Positions 17,338 to 26,336 of a DNA stretch of 64,000 nt are shown here, piece after piece. The stretch is from assembly GCA_040386515.1 (NCBI GenBank), contig JAZKFG010000002.1, forward strand, positions 15,074-79,073, written 5' to 3'. Position 1 is the stretch's first letter. Each line of letters starts with the position of its first letter. A program made the translations under genes and the position numbers. A model generated the notes under the pieces. The model was not told where the DNA came from. It searched no databases and saw only the letters and a program-made list of their open reading frames with translations. Origin of the DNA: Patescibacteria group bacterium (lineage in GTDB: Bacteria; Patescibacteriota; Minisyncoccia; Phycocordibacterales; CAIZLB01).

Positions 17338-19062
17338 ATGATTTCAGTCTCTACACACATACAGAATGCATGCCTAGACTTTGCTACATCTCTCGGAAGA
17401 ACAGATATAGATTCTAGTATGTTTGTGGTTGATGTTACTAAAGATATGAGCAAAGGGGATTTGTATACCAACTTTGCCTTAGCGGCAGCAGGGAAAATGG
17501 AAAAGAATCCAATGTCTATTGCTGTTGATCTTGGAGTATATCTTGACACTCATCTTGACAAAACACTGGTTGAAAAAGTTGAGGTTGTTGGGGGATATGT
17601 AAACTTTTGGATTGTAGTATCTGACTCATTGGAAATTCCAGAGAAAATAAGCCATCCGTCATTTGCAGGAAAAAAAGTAGCCTATGAATATACAGATCCG
17701 AATCCGATGAAGGAATTTCATATTGGACATTTGATGGCAAACACTATTGGTGAATCAATGTCACGTCTCGGTGAACTTGCTGGAGCAGAGGTAAAACGAT
17801 ATTCATATCAGGGAGATGTTGGACGACATATTGCAGTAACACTTTGGGGAGTACGATTTCTGGATGCAAACTGGCCAGAGGAGTCTGTATCAATAACTGA
17901 TAAAGTTAAATTCTTAGGAAGTGCTTATGTAGCTGGAAATGCAAAACTTGCCGAACTCAAAAGTACAGGGGAGGAGAATGAAGAATATCTTAAGGCTGTA
18001 AAGGAAATTGAAGTTATGAATCAAAAAGTGTATGACAGGACTGATGAAGAGGTTAATGTAATGTATGATCAAGGAAGAGAATGGAGTCTTGAAAAGTTTG
18101 AAGAATTATATGATATCCTCGGAACAAAGTTTGATTACTATTTCTTTGAAAGTATTACAGGTCCAATTGGCCGAGATTTGGTTCTTCAGAATATAAAGCA
18201 TTTTGCTCGAGGAGAAAATAATGCAGTTATTTTTGAGGGTGAAAAATTTGATATGCATACTCGAGTTTTTATAAACTCAAAAGGTCTGCCAACATATGAA
18301 GCAAAAGAAATTGGATTAGCGAAAGTTAAATATGACGTTTGGGCGTATGATAAAAGTTTTGTTATTACTGCCAATGAACAGAAACAGGCACTTGATGTAA
18401 CTCTTACAGCTATAAAACTTGTCCTCCCTGAAATCGGAAACAAAAACGAATATATTTTTAATGGAATGATGAAATTTGCCAATATGAAAATGAGTTCTCG
18501 AACTGGAAAGATTATTGCAGGAGATGAGCTTGTATATTCAATGATGGATGCGTCACTTGAGAAAATGAAGGATAGGGAGATGAGTGAAGGGGAGAAGAAA
18601 ACTATTGCGCGGGATGTTGCAGTGGCAGCGATAAAGTTTACGATATTAAAACAAAACTTTAGAAAAGATATTATTTTTGATCAGGAAAAGTCTTTGGCTC
18701 TAGAAGGGGATAGCGGTCCTTATATACAATACACAGCTGTGCGAATTCAATCAGTACTTAAGAAGGTGAAAGATGAAACTACAACTATTGGTACTGGAGA
18801 ATTATCAAAAGAAGCATTGTTATTAAAACGAACATTGTATCGATTTGAACATGTATGTTTGGCTGCTATAGATGAATCTGCTCCGCAACATATTGCACAA
18901 TATCTTATTGATCTTGCTTCGAAGTTTAATGGATTTTATACGAATAATAAAATTATTACAGAGAGTGTAGATAGTAGATTGGTTGGATTGTGTGAACATA
19001 CTCTAAAAGTGCTTGAAAAGGGGCTTTGGACATTGGGCATTCGAACGGTGGAGAAGATGTAG
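17338..19062 (+). CDS. argS: arginyl-tRNA synthetase
   Basis: HIGH motif (FHIGHL). Degenerate KMSKS (KMSSRTGK). DALR anticodon-binding region (EGDSGPYIQYTAVRI). ORF track starts at GTG 17305; first ATG is 17338. Confidence 0.8.
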   Translation: MISVSTHIQNACLDFATSLGRTDIDSSMFVVDVTKDMSKGDLYTNFALAAAGKMEKNPMSIAVDLGVYLDTHLDKTLVEKVEVVGGYVNFWIVVSDSLEIPEKISHPSFAGKKVAYEYTDPNPMKEFHIGHLMANTIGESMSRLGELAGAEVKRYSYQGDVGRHIAVTLWGVRFLDANWPEESVSITDKVKFLGSAYVAGNAKLAELKSTGEENEEYLKAVKEIEVMNQKVYDRTDEEVNVMYDQGREWSLEKFEELYDILGTKFDYYFFESITGPIGRDLVLQNIKHFARGENNAVIFEGEKFDMHTRVFINSKGLPTYEAKEIGLAKVKYDVWAYDKSFVITANEQKQALDVTLTAIKLVLPEIGNKNEYIFNGMMKFANMKMSSRTGKIIAGDELVYSMMDASLEKMKDREMSEGEKKTIARDVAVAAIKFTILKQNFRKDIIFDQEKSLALEGDSGPYIQYTAVRIQSVLKKVKDETTTIGTGELSKEALLLKRTLYRFEHVCLAAIDESAPQHIAQYLIDLASKFNGFYTNNKIITESVDSRLVGLCEHTLKVLEKGLWTLGIRTVEKM

Positions 19063-19084
19063 GGAATCATGTATACTAGCCCTT

Positions 19085-22000
19085 ATGAAGACTCCAAATG
19101 AGCGAGAATTAGCAATACTGAAATTCTGGCAGGACAATAACATTTTCCAAAAAAGCCTAGACAAAAACCCATCAAAAGAACAGGGGGGTAAGTCTTTTCG
19201 ATATTATGACGGTCCGCCATATGCGACTGGGTTGCCTCATATGGGAAACTTGCTGCCAACTGCAGTTAAAGATGCGTTTCCAAGATACAAGACAATGCAA
19301 GGATTTAACGTTCCACGAACATGGGGATGGGACTGTCATGGTTTGCCAATTGAAAGTCTAGTAGAAAAGAAACTAGGTTTTAAAGGGAAAAAAGATATTG
19401 AAGAATATGGAGTAGATAAGTTTAACGAAACTGCTCGAGCCAGTGTATTTGAATTTCGAGAAAATTGGAAAACAATTATTCCGCGTCTTGGACGATGGGT
19501 TGATATGGATCATGATTACAGAACTCTGGATGCAACATTTATGGAGTCAGGTCTTTGGGCATTCAAGCAGCTTTGGGATAAAAATCTTGTATACGAGGGA
19601 TATAAAGTAATGCCATGGTGTCCGCATTGTGGAACTGTGTTATCTAACTACGAAGTAACAGAAGGGTATAAAGAAATTACTGATTTATCTGCCTATGCTC
19701 GATTTCCATTAACAACTGAACCGACAACTAGTTTTGTTGCATGGACAACAACGCCATGGACTCTTCCAGGTAATGTTGTTCTTGCAGTCGGAAATGATAT
19801 TGCATATGTATATGTAAAAATAGAACCAACAAATGAGACGATAATCGTTTCAAAAACTTCACTTGATAAAGTAAAGCTCCTTGGAGGTGATGCGAACACA
19901 TATACTATTGTGAAAGAGGTTACAGGTAAAGATCTTGTTGGTCTTACATATACTCCTCCTTTTAATTACTATACAACTGATGCAACATTGGAAAATGAGC
20001 AAAATGCATGGAAAGTATATGTTGGTGATTTCGTAACGGATACAGATGGAACAGGAATTGTTCATATTGCTCCAGCCTTTGGTGCTGATGATATGAAGCT
20101 TGCACAGGCAAACAATTTGCCAGTTATTAAGCATGTATTACCAAACGGAAACTTTGCGCCTGAAGTAAAGGATTTTTCAGGACAAGCAAAACCTATTGAA
20201 GATCATCAAAAGTCTGATATTGAGGTTATAAAATATTTAGCGCATGCAGGAAAACTTTTTGCCAAAGAAAAATATACGCACACATATCCTCATTGTTGGC
20301 GATGTAAAACTCCGCTTCTAAACTATGCAACAACAAGTTGGTTTATTAAAACAACTTCGCTTAAGGATAGAATGATTGAAGAAAATAAAAAAATTAATTG
20401 GTATCCAGAAGAAATCGGAACTAAGCGACTTAATATGTGGTTGGAAAATGTTCGTGACTGGGCAGTGTCAAGAAGTCGATTCTGGGGTACACCTCTTCCA
20501 ATCTGGAAAGGTGAAAAGACTGGCAAAACAGTATGTGTAGGAAGTCTTGAAGAAATACGTTCATACACAAGACGAAATACATATATGGCAATGCGCCATG
20601 GTCAGGCAACGCATCTTGTAGAACGAGTAATGAGTTCTCATCAGGAGTTTGCAGAAAAACATGGTATTACAGATCTTGGAAAATCACAGATACTTGAAAG
20701 TGTTGAATTAATGATTGCTGAAAATACATTGCCAACAGTTATTTACCATTCACCGCTTCGTCGCACACGCGAAACTGCCGAGATTGTACGTGACGCAATA
20801 GAGGAAAAAACAGGAAAGAAAATTCCTCTTGTTTCTGATGCTCGAATGCGCGAAGAAGATTTCGGAGATCTTGATGGTCATGGATGCGAAGAGCATGATT
20901 CGTATAGAACAACGCCTGAGGAATATATCAATAAGAGATTTCCTAACGGTGAGTCATATGCTGACATGAGAATGCGAATGGGGGATTTTCTCTATGCAGT
21001 CGATGCAGAAAGAAAAGATGAGAGAATTCTATTGGTAACGCATGAGGGGTGTGTTTATGGGGCAGAGGATATTGCATCAGGAATGTCGCTCGAAAATATT
21101 ATTGCTACGCATGCACATATTGTTCAAATGCATCCAGGACAATACCGAACGCTCAACTTTGCTGCTATTCCACATAACGCAACATATGAAGCAGATTTCC
21201 ACAGACCATATGTTGATGAAGTGGTGTTTGATATTGATGGTGAAAAATATACTCGTTTACCTGAAGTGTTAGATGTTTGGTATGATGCTGGTTCAATGCC
21301 ATTTGCATCTGTTCATTATCCTTTTAACAAAGAGGTTGATATATCTAAAACAATTACAGCAGATATGGTTGCTGAAGGACTCGATCAAACACGAGGCTGG
21401 TTCTATCATATGCTTATCATGTCAGTGGCATTGTTTGATAAAAAGCCATTTGATAATGTTATGGTGAACGGACTCCTTCTCGCAGAGGATGGAAGAAAAA
21501 TGAGTAAAAGTCTAAATAACTTTCCTGAATTAATGCCTATTGTAGAGAAGTATGGGGCAGATACTGTAAGATATTTCTTGCTCTCTTCTCCAATCGTTCA
21601 TGCTGACGAAGTAGCCTTTTCAGAAAAAGCCCTCACAGAAATCCAGAACAAGCTATTTAACAAGCTGACAAATGTTATGTCATTCTTGGATATGTATGGT
21701 ATCAAAGATAAAGGTCTTGATCGTATGCATACAACTGAACATATTCTTGATGCATGGATTCAGGTTGAGCTTGATGCGCTTATAAAGGATATGACAGAGA
21801 GTTTGGATGGATATCAAATTGATAAAGCCCTTCGACCACTGCTACAGTTTGTTGAAAATCTTTCAACATGGTATCTTCGTCGATCTCGAGATCGTTTCAA
21901 GGATGAAGAAGATGGCCTTATTGTTACAAATAAATTGATCACAGTACTCGGAACGCTTTCAAAGCTTATGGCTCCTGCAACACCGTTTATGGCTGAGGAA

Positions 22001-22579
22001 ATATATCAGTTTGTAAAAAACTTTGACTCTCAGTTTACTCATAGAAAATATAAGGAAAGTGTTCATCTTGAATCTTGGCCAGTAGTGTCAAGTACTCTGT
22101 CAAATCCTGAGAAAGAAGAAATTGTTACAAAAATGCAAAAGACTCGAGAAGTGGTAGAGCAGGTGTTAGGAATTCGAAATAAAAATAATATTAAAGTTCG
22201 ACAGCCACTTGGTTCTCTTACTCTTCCAATTGCTACATTCAGTAATGTGCATATTCACATTTTGCAGGATGAGTTAAACATTAAGCGAATTGGTTCAAGC
22301 TTAGAAGGGGAAATTGTTCTTGATACAACAGTAACTGAAGACTTGCGAATTGAAGGACTGGCTCGAGACATTATTCGAGAAATTCAATCAAAGCGAAAAG
22401 ATCTTAATCTAATGCCAACAGATAAGGTTTCAGTTGTATTAGAGATTGAAGATGGACTAAAAGGGGACTATGAGGCAGTACTTGCTGAACACAAGAAGAC
22501 TGTTACAGATGCTGTAAATGCAGCAACATGTGAAATCGTTTCTGCACCAACATTCTCTATTGTGGTAGCAAAGATATAA
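19085..22579 (+). CDS. ileS: isoleucyl-tRNA synthetase (type 2-like) with an inserted histidine-phosphatase (PGAM/CobC-like) domain
   Basis: Class I aaRS motifs for IleRS: GPPYATGLPHMGNLL, TWGWDCHGLPIE, CP1 editing block, YPHCWRCKTP, WAVSRSRFWGTPLPIW, DFHRPYVDE, KMSKS. An in-frame segment of about 205 aa (nt about 20566-21193) carries histidine-phosphatase motifs: RHGQATH, SPLRRTRETAE, FPNGESYADMRMR, LVTHEG. The TTG at 19013 overlaps argS, so the ATG at 19085 was taken as start. Confidence 0.8.
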   Translation: MKTPNERELAILKFWQDNNIFQKSLDKNPSKEQGGKSFRYYDGPPYATGLPHMGNLLPTAVKDAFPRYKTMQGFNVPRTWGWDCHGLPIESLVEKKLGFKGKKDIEEYGVDKFNETARASVFEFRENWKTIIPRLGRWVDMDHDYRTLDATFMESGLWAFKQLWDKNLVYEGYKVMPWCPHCGTVLSNYEVTEGYKEITDLSAYARFPLTTEPTTSFVAWTTTPWTLPGNVVLAVGNDIAYVYVKIEPTNETIIVSKTSLDKVKLLGGDANTYTIVKEVTGKDLVGLTYTPPFNYYTTDATLENEQNAWKVYVGDFVTDTDGTGIVHIAPAFGADDMKLAQANNLPVIKHVLPNGNFAPEVKDFSGQAKPIEDHQKSDIEVIKYLAHAGKLFAKEKYTHTYPHCWRCKTPLLNYATTSWFIKTTSLKDRMIEENKKINWYPEEIGTKRLNMWLENVRDWAVSRSRFWGTPLPIWKGEKTGKTVCVGSLEEIRSYTRRNTYMAMRHGQATHLVERVMSSHQEFAEKHGITDLGKSQILESVELMIAENTLPTVIYHSPLRRTRETAEIVRDAIEEKTGKKIPLVSDARMREEDFGDLDGHGCEEHDSYRTTPEEYINKRFPNGESYADMRMRMGDFLYAVDAERKDERILLVTHEGCVYGAEDIASGMSLENIIATHAHIVQMHPGQYRTLNFAAIPHNATYEADFHRPYVDEVVFDIDGEKYTRLPEVLDVWYDAGSMPFASVHYPFNKEVDISKTITADMVAEGLDQTRGWFYHMLIMSVALFDKKPFDNVMVNGLLLAEDGRKMSKSLNNFPELMPIVEKYGADTVRYFLLSSPIVHADEVAFSEKALTEIQNKLFNKLTNVMSFLDMYGIKDKGLDRMHTTEHILDAWIQVELDALIKDMTESLDGYQIDKALRPLLQFVENLSTWYLRRSRDRFKDEEDGLIVTNKLITVLGTLSKLMAPATPFMAEEIYQFVKNFDSQFTHRKYKESVHLESWPVVSSTLSNPEKEEIVTKMQKTREVVEQVLGIRNKNNIKVRQPLGSLTLPIATFSNVHIHILQDELNIKRIGSSLEGEIVLDTTVTEDLRIEGLARDIIREIQSKRKDLNLMPTDKVSVVLEIEDGLKGDYEAVLAEHKKTVTDAVNAATCEIVSAPTFSIVVAKI

Positions 22580-22597
22580 TTTTATACTTAGGACTAT

Positions 22598-23164
22598 ATG
22601 GCATATTCTATTTATCAAACAGATGCCATTATTCTCGGTATTCGCGATATACAAGAGCACGATCTCATGATTCGTGCTTTTTCGCCGTTGTTTGGATATA
22701 TTCGTATTATTTCAAAAGGAGGAAGAAAGGGAACATCAAAGCTTCGGGCAAATATTCAGGATTTCTCACTTGTGCATATTGCTGCAGTTAAGGGCAAAGA
22801 ATTTTTTATTCTTACAGACATTAAATGCATTTTTTCATTTATACAATCGCGATCAGTGGTTAACTTCCTAAAGGGAGCTGAGGCATTATTCTTCGATGAT
22901 GACGATGATCATGGGACACGTATTAACACTGATATATACGGTATGCTTATTCGAATGTGTAAACATATTATTTGGCTTGTGTCAGAGAAAAAAGATACAG
23001 GTGAGGCAATTAGATTCTTTACAATATACGTAAAAGGACTACAAGGATTTACAGGAAAAATGAATATTGATGGAGTTTTGGAATATTCTGATTCTGAACT
23101 TCATTTTTGGATTGAAGAACATGCACAATTGATTCAAGAATTGGAATCTAAACTAGCACTATAG
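22598..23164 (+). CDS. recO: DNA repair protein RecO-like
   Basis: N-terminal OB-fold pattern (AIILGIRDIQEHDLMIRAFSPLFGYIRIISKGGRK). 188 aa, shorter than typical. Confidence 0.5.
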   Translation: MAYSIYQTDAIILGIRDIQEHDLMIRAFSPLFGYIRIISKGGRKGTSKLRANIQDFSLVHIAAVKGKEFFILTDIKCIFSFIQSRSVVNFLKGAEALFFDDDDDHGTRINTDIYGMLIRMCKHIIWLVSEKKDTGEAIRFFTIYVKGLQGFTGKMNIDGVLEYSDSELHFWIEEHAQLIQELESKLAL

Positions 23165-23193
23165 GCTTATTTTCATGTACAATATATGTACAT

Positions 23194-25710
23194 ATGAACC
23201 CTAACGATTATAAAGGTAAGAAGAATGCAAATGCGAATGAAGAAGCTGCTCGTATTGAAGAGCTAAAGAAAAAGTTGTATTCAAATTCATCTCGAGAAAG
23301 CAATGTTCGAGAGCGAGGACTTCGACAGCATCATATTGATATTGGTAAAAGTTGGGATGAAACAGATAAAAAACAAGCGCATAATGCTGCCCTCAAGGCC
23401 AAGGAAAAAGAAGATGCAAGACTTGGTTTAAGTAATGAAAATATAACTCACAGAAACTCAACACTCTATGGGCATTTTAGCCCTGTAGAAAATGCGACAC
23501 AGCATAAACAGCAAGTTAAAACATCTATTGACAACAGTGCTGACCAGGAAGAGGGTGAGGACATGCTTACTACTATATTTGGTGGACCCTCAGGACAAGC
23601 TGCGCGTAAGCGAGCTGAGCAGGTACAAAAAAGACTGGCCGCTAAGGACGTGACGATGAAGTATGCCTCTGCACAAATTCAGGGGAATATTTACCCTGAT
23701 TTTCAAAAGCAAAAAGCTGAAAGAGATGCTGCCAATGCTGCCGCGGCCGCTGAGGCTGCAAAGAATGCTCCTGTGCATGAGCCTATTACTACAGAGCGAT
23801 ATCATCCAGACTTTAGCGTGCTCACTGTTGGAAATACGAATCTTGATAAAATGACTCGGGAAGTGCACCATACAGCACCAGTAGAAAAAACTCCTGAAGA
23901 AGAATCTGCAGCAATGCCATCAGGACAAAAACATGAGCCAATTTTCACTGAAGAAAGAAAAAGAGTAAGTTTTGGAGTTGTATTCTTTATGCTCATTCTC
24001 GGCTTTTTCCTAAGTGCGCTTGGATATGCATATTACACATTAACGCACGGTACTAATATTATTTCTCCTGATAAAGTGGCAATCACAGTACAAGGTCCTG
24101 TTTCAGTTCGGTCAGGTGAGGTGAATGATTTTTCTATAGACATTACAAACAATAATCCAACCGACTTAACCCTTTCAGATCTTGTCATTCAATATCCTGC
24201 AGGAACAATGTCCGCCATAGAACCTGCTCAGTCACATACATATGAGCGAATGGAGGTTGGAACAATCAAGTCAGGGGAAACCGTGCATAGAAAAGCCAGT
24301 GCTATTTTCTTTGGTGAAGAGAATGTAAAGAAAAATATTAATTACGCAGTTGAATTTAGTATTCCTGATTCAACAAGTATTTTCAATGTAACAAAAGATG
24401 TAGGAGTTATTATTGCAGGTTCTCCAATCACGGCAAAGATTACCAATGTGAAAGAGGTGACAAATAATCAGGAGCTTTCATTTGATATTGAAATTCAATC
24501 TAATACGCAGGAAGTTGTAAAAAATATTCAGCTCCAAGTTGAATACCCATTTGGATACAAGCTTGAACAGGCAAACCTTAAGCCAGTTTTTGATAATAAT
24601 ACATGGAATATTGGAGACCTTGCTGCGCTCGACAGTAAAGTTATTCAACTCAAAGGTAAGCTTATTGGAACAAGCAATCTTGAGAAAAACTTTAGATTTG
24701 TGCTTGGTGTATACGATCCAAAGACAGGGGATATGTCTACCGTGCTTTCAACACAAGATCAAAAAGTGGTTATTGCAAAGCCTTTCGTTTCTACAAAGCT
24801 CTCACTTGATGGTCAGGTGCAAGAATATCGTCCGGTACAATATGATGATTCACTTCAGGGCGATATTGTGTTTACAAACAATCTCGATGTTCCTTTGACA
24901 AATGTAGTGGTTGAAATGAGTGTCGGCGGCGTACTTATAGACAGAAGAAGTATTGAAGCAGATAAAGGATTTTATCAATCAAGCAATGATCTTGTATTCT
25001 GGGATAAGGCTCAAAATGATACACTTGCAGAAGTGGCTCCTGGTCAATCAAGAGAACTTGGATTCAATCTTAAAATCATTTCTGCACGAGATAATCTTAT
25101 AAAATCATTACGAAGGGCAGGATCAAATCTTGTCGTTACAGTTAAAGCAAAAAGACTTAATCAAAACAGAGTACCTGAAGAAGTAACTTCTGTTATAAAT
25201 CAAGAGATTCGATTAACAACGAATCCTACATTTGAATCCGGCATTGGATTTTCAAGTGGTCCATTTACTAACAGTGGAAGTTATCCTCCTAAAGTAAATT
25301 CAGAAACAACATATACATACACTGGACGTATTTCAAATACTGCCAACTCTTTGAAGCAGACAATATTTACCGCAAAGCTTCCTCCAAATGGAACTTGGAA
25401 AAACGTATACTCAAAAGATATTCCATCTGACGCAATTTCATATAGTCAGAGTAAAAGAGAGATTACTATTGATCTCGGGGAAATTCCATCAGGTGCTGGT
25501 ATTGATGTGCCTGCTAAAGAATTTTCATTCCAGGTTGGATTTACTCCTACACTAACAGAAGTAGGCAAAGCACCAGTTTTGATTATTGCGCCCCATATTA
25601 GTGGTGTCGATTCATTTACAGGAGAGAGACTTGACAGAGGTCTTGACGGGTTAAATATACTGCCTACGCTTGATAGTGAGAGCTTGGGGGATGGTAGAGT
25701 TGTTGAGTAA
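23194..25710 (+). CDS. large membrane-anchored surface protein with repeated beta-rich (Ig/CARDB-like) domains
   Basis: 838 aa. About 270 aa charged cytoplasmic N-terminus with KKQ/AAAEAA low complexity. One TM helix (VVFFMLILGFFLSALGYAYY). About 550 aa extracellular region rich in T/S/N/V. Confidence 0.45.
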   Translation: MNPNDYKGKKNANANEEAARIEELKKKLYSNSSRESNVRERGLRQHHIDIGKSWDETDKKQAHNAALKAKEKEDARLGLSNENITHRNSTLYGHFSPVENATQHKQQVKTSIDNSADQEEGEDMLTTIFGGPSGQAARKRAEQVQKRLAAKDVTMKYASAQIQGNIYPDFQKQKAERDAANAAAAAEAAKNAPVHEPITTERYHPDFSVLTVGNTNLDKMTREVHHTAPVEKTPEEESAAMPSGQKHEPIFTEERKRVSFGVVFFMLILGFFLSALGYAYYTLTHGTNIISPDKVAITVQGPVSVRSGEVNDFSIDITNNNPTDLTLSDLVIQYPAGTMSAIEPAQSHTYERMEVGTIKSGETVHRKASAIFFGEENVKKNINYAVEFSIPDSTSIFNVTKDVGVIIAGSPITAKITNVKEVTNNQELSFDIEIQSNTQEVVKNIQLQVEYPFGYKLEQANLKPVFDNNTWNIGDLAALDSKVIQLKGKLIGTSNLEKNFRFVLGVYDPKTGDMSTVLSTQDQKVVIAKPFVSTKLSLDGQVQEYRPVQYDDSLQGDIVFTNNLDVPLTNVVVEMSVGGVLIDRRSIEADKGFYQSSNDLVFWDKAQNDTLAEVAPGQSRELGFNLKIISARDNLIKSLRRAGSNLVVTVKAKRLNQNRVPEEVTSVINQEIRLTTNPTFESGIGFSSGPFTNSGSYPPKVNSETTYTYTGRISNTANSLKQTIFTAKLPPNGTWKNVYSKDIPSDAISYSQSKREITIDLGEIPSGAGIDVPAKEFSFQVGFTPTLTEVGKAPVLIIAPHISGVDSFTGERLDRGLDGLNILPTLDSESLGDGRVVE

Positions 25711-25766
25711 AAATAAATTTCCTGTATAGTACGGTTAGGAAACATTAACCTAAACGAAAGGACTTT

Positions 25767-26246
25767 ATGAAAAGAAAATTGATTCCATGGATAACCATTC
25801 AAGACGGGCAAGTCAACGTTGAAGAGTTGCGTGCCAAATTACAATTCGATCTGTATGCCCGTGGTATGTTCAATGATATTGAATTCAAGCCACTGTCCGA
25901 AGCCAATGTGGATTTTGTTAGGCTTTCCCCAGAAGATCTGGGATTTAGCACTGACCCTACGACGGAAGAATTTATTAACGAAGCATTTATTGCAGAATGG
26001 AGTGCACAGAACTTGAATGGTCAAGTGCTTAAATTCTGTCAGCCTAGGCATGCCCCAATGCTTCGTGCCGAAAATAAGGACCAGATTCAATTCTCTGTCG
26101 TTGCCACGCATATGCTGCTTAATGAGTGGGGTAAAGACAGTTTGTTTGTAATCGAGCGGACTGTATTAACCTCGCAAGGTGTCATTCCTCGCATGAAGTG
26201 GGGCACTAAGACTCTTGCAATCTTCGTGCTCGAATCAGTGACATAA
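25767..26246 (+). CDS. hypothetical protein
   Basis: 159 aa with no recognised domain. Followed by terminator ccctcgacgc-tattt-agcgtcgggg-tttt at 26286-26318. Confidence 0.35.
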   Translation: MKRKLIPWITIQDGQVNVEELRAKLQFDLYARGMFNDIEFKPLSEANVDFVRLSPEDLGFSTDPTTEEFINEAFIAEWSAQNLNGQVLKFCQPRHAPMLRAENKDQIQFSVVATHMLLNEWGKDSLFVIERTVLTSQGVIPRMKWGTKTLAIFVLESVT

Positions 26247-26336
26247 TTTCAAAATGGTAAGGCAAGAACCTGTGACTCTTCCGGACCCTCGACGCTATTT
26301 AGCGTCGGGGTTTTCTTATGCTATAGTGTCAGTATT

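Noticed and set aside
19693-20568. Antisense ORFs inside ileS (19693..19899-, 19859..20134-, 20323..20568-) and similar ones inside other long genes, such as 17316..17740- in argS and 37489..38136+ inside ftsK
   Set aside because: They lie fully within strongly supported conserved genes on the opposite strand and have no recognisable motifs. They are typical shadow ORFs.
20566-21193. Intein hypothesis for the IleRS insertion
   Set aside because: There are no Hint splicing blocks (N-terminal Cys/Ser, TxxH, terminal HN) and no homing endonuclease motifs. The insert matches the histidine-phosphatase motif set instead.
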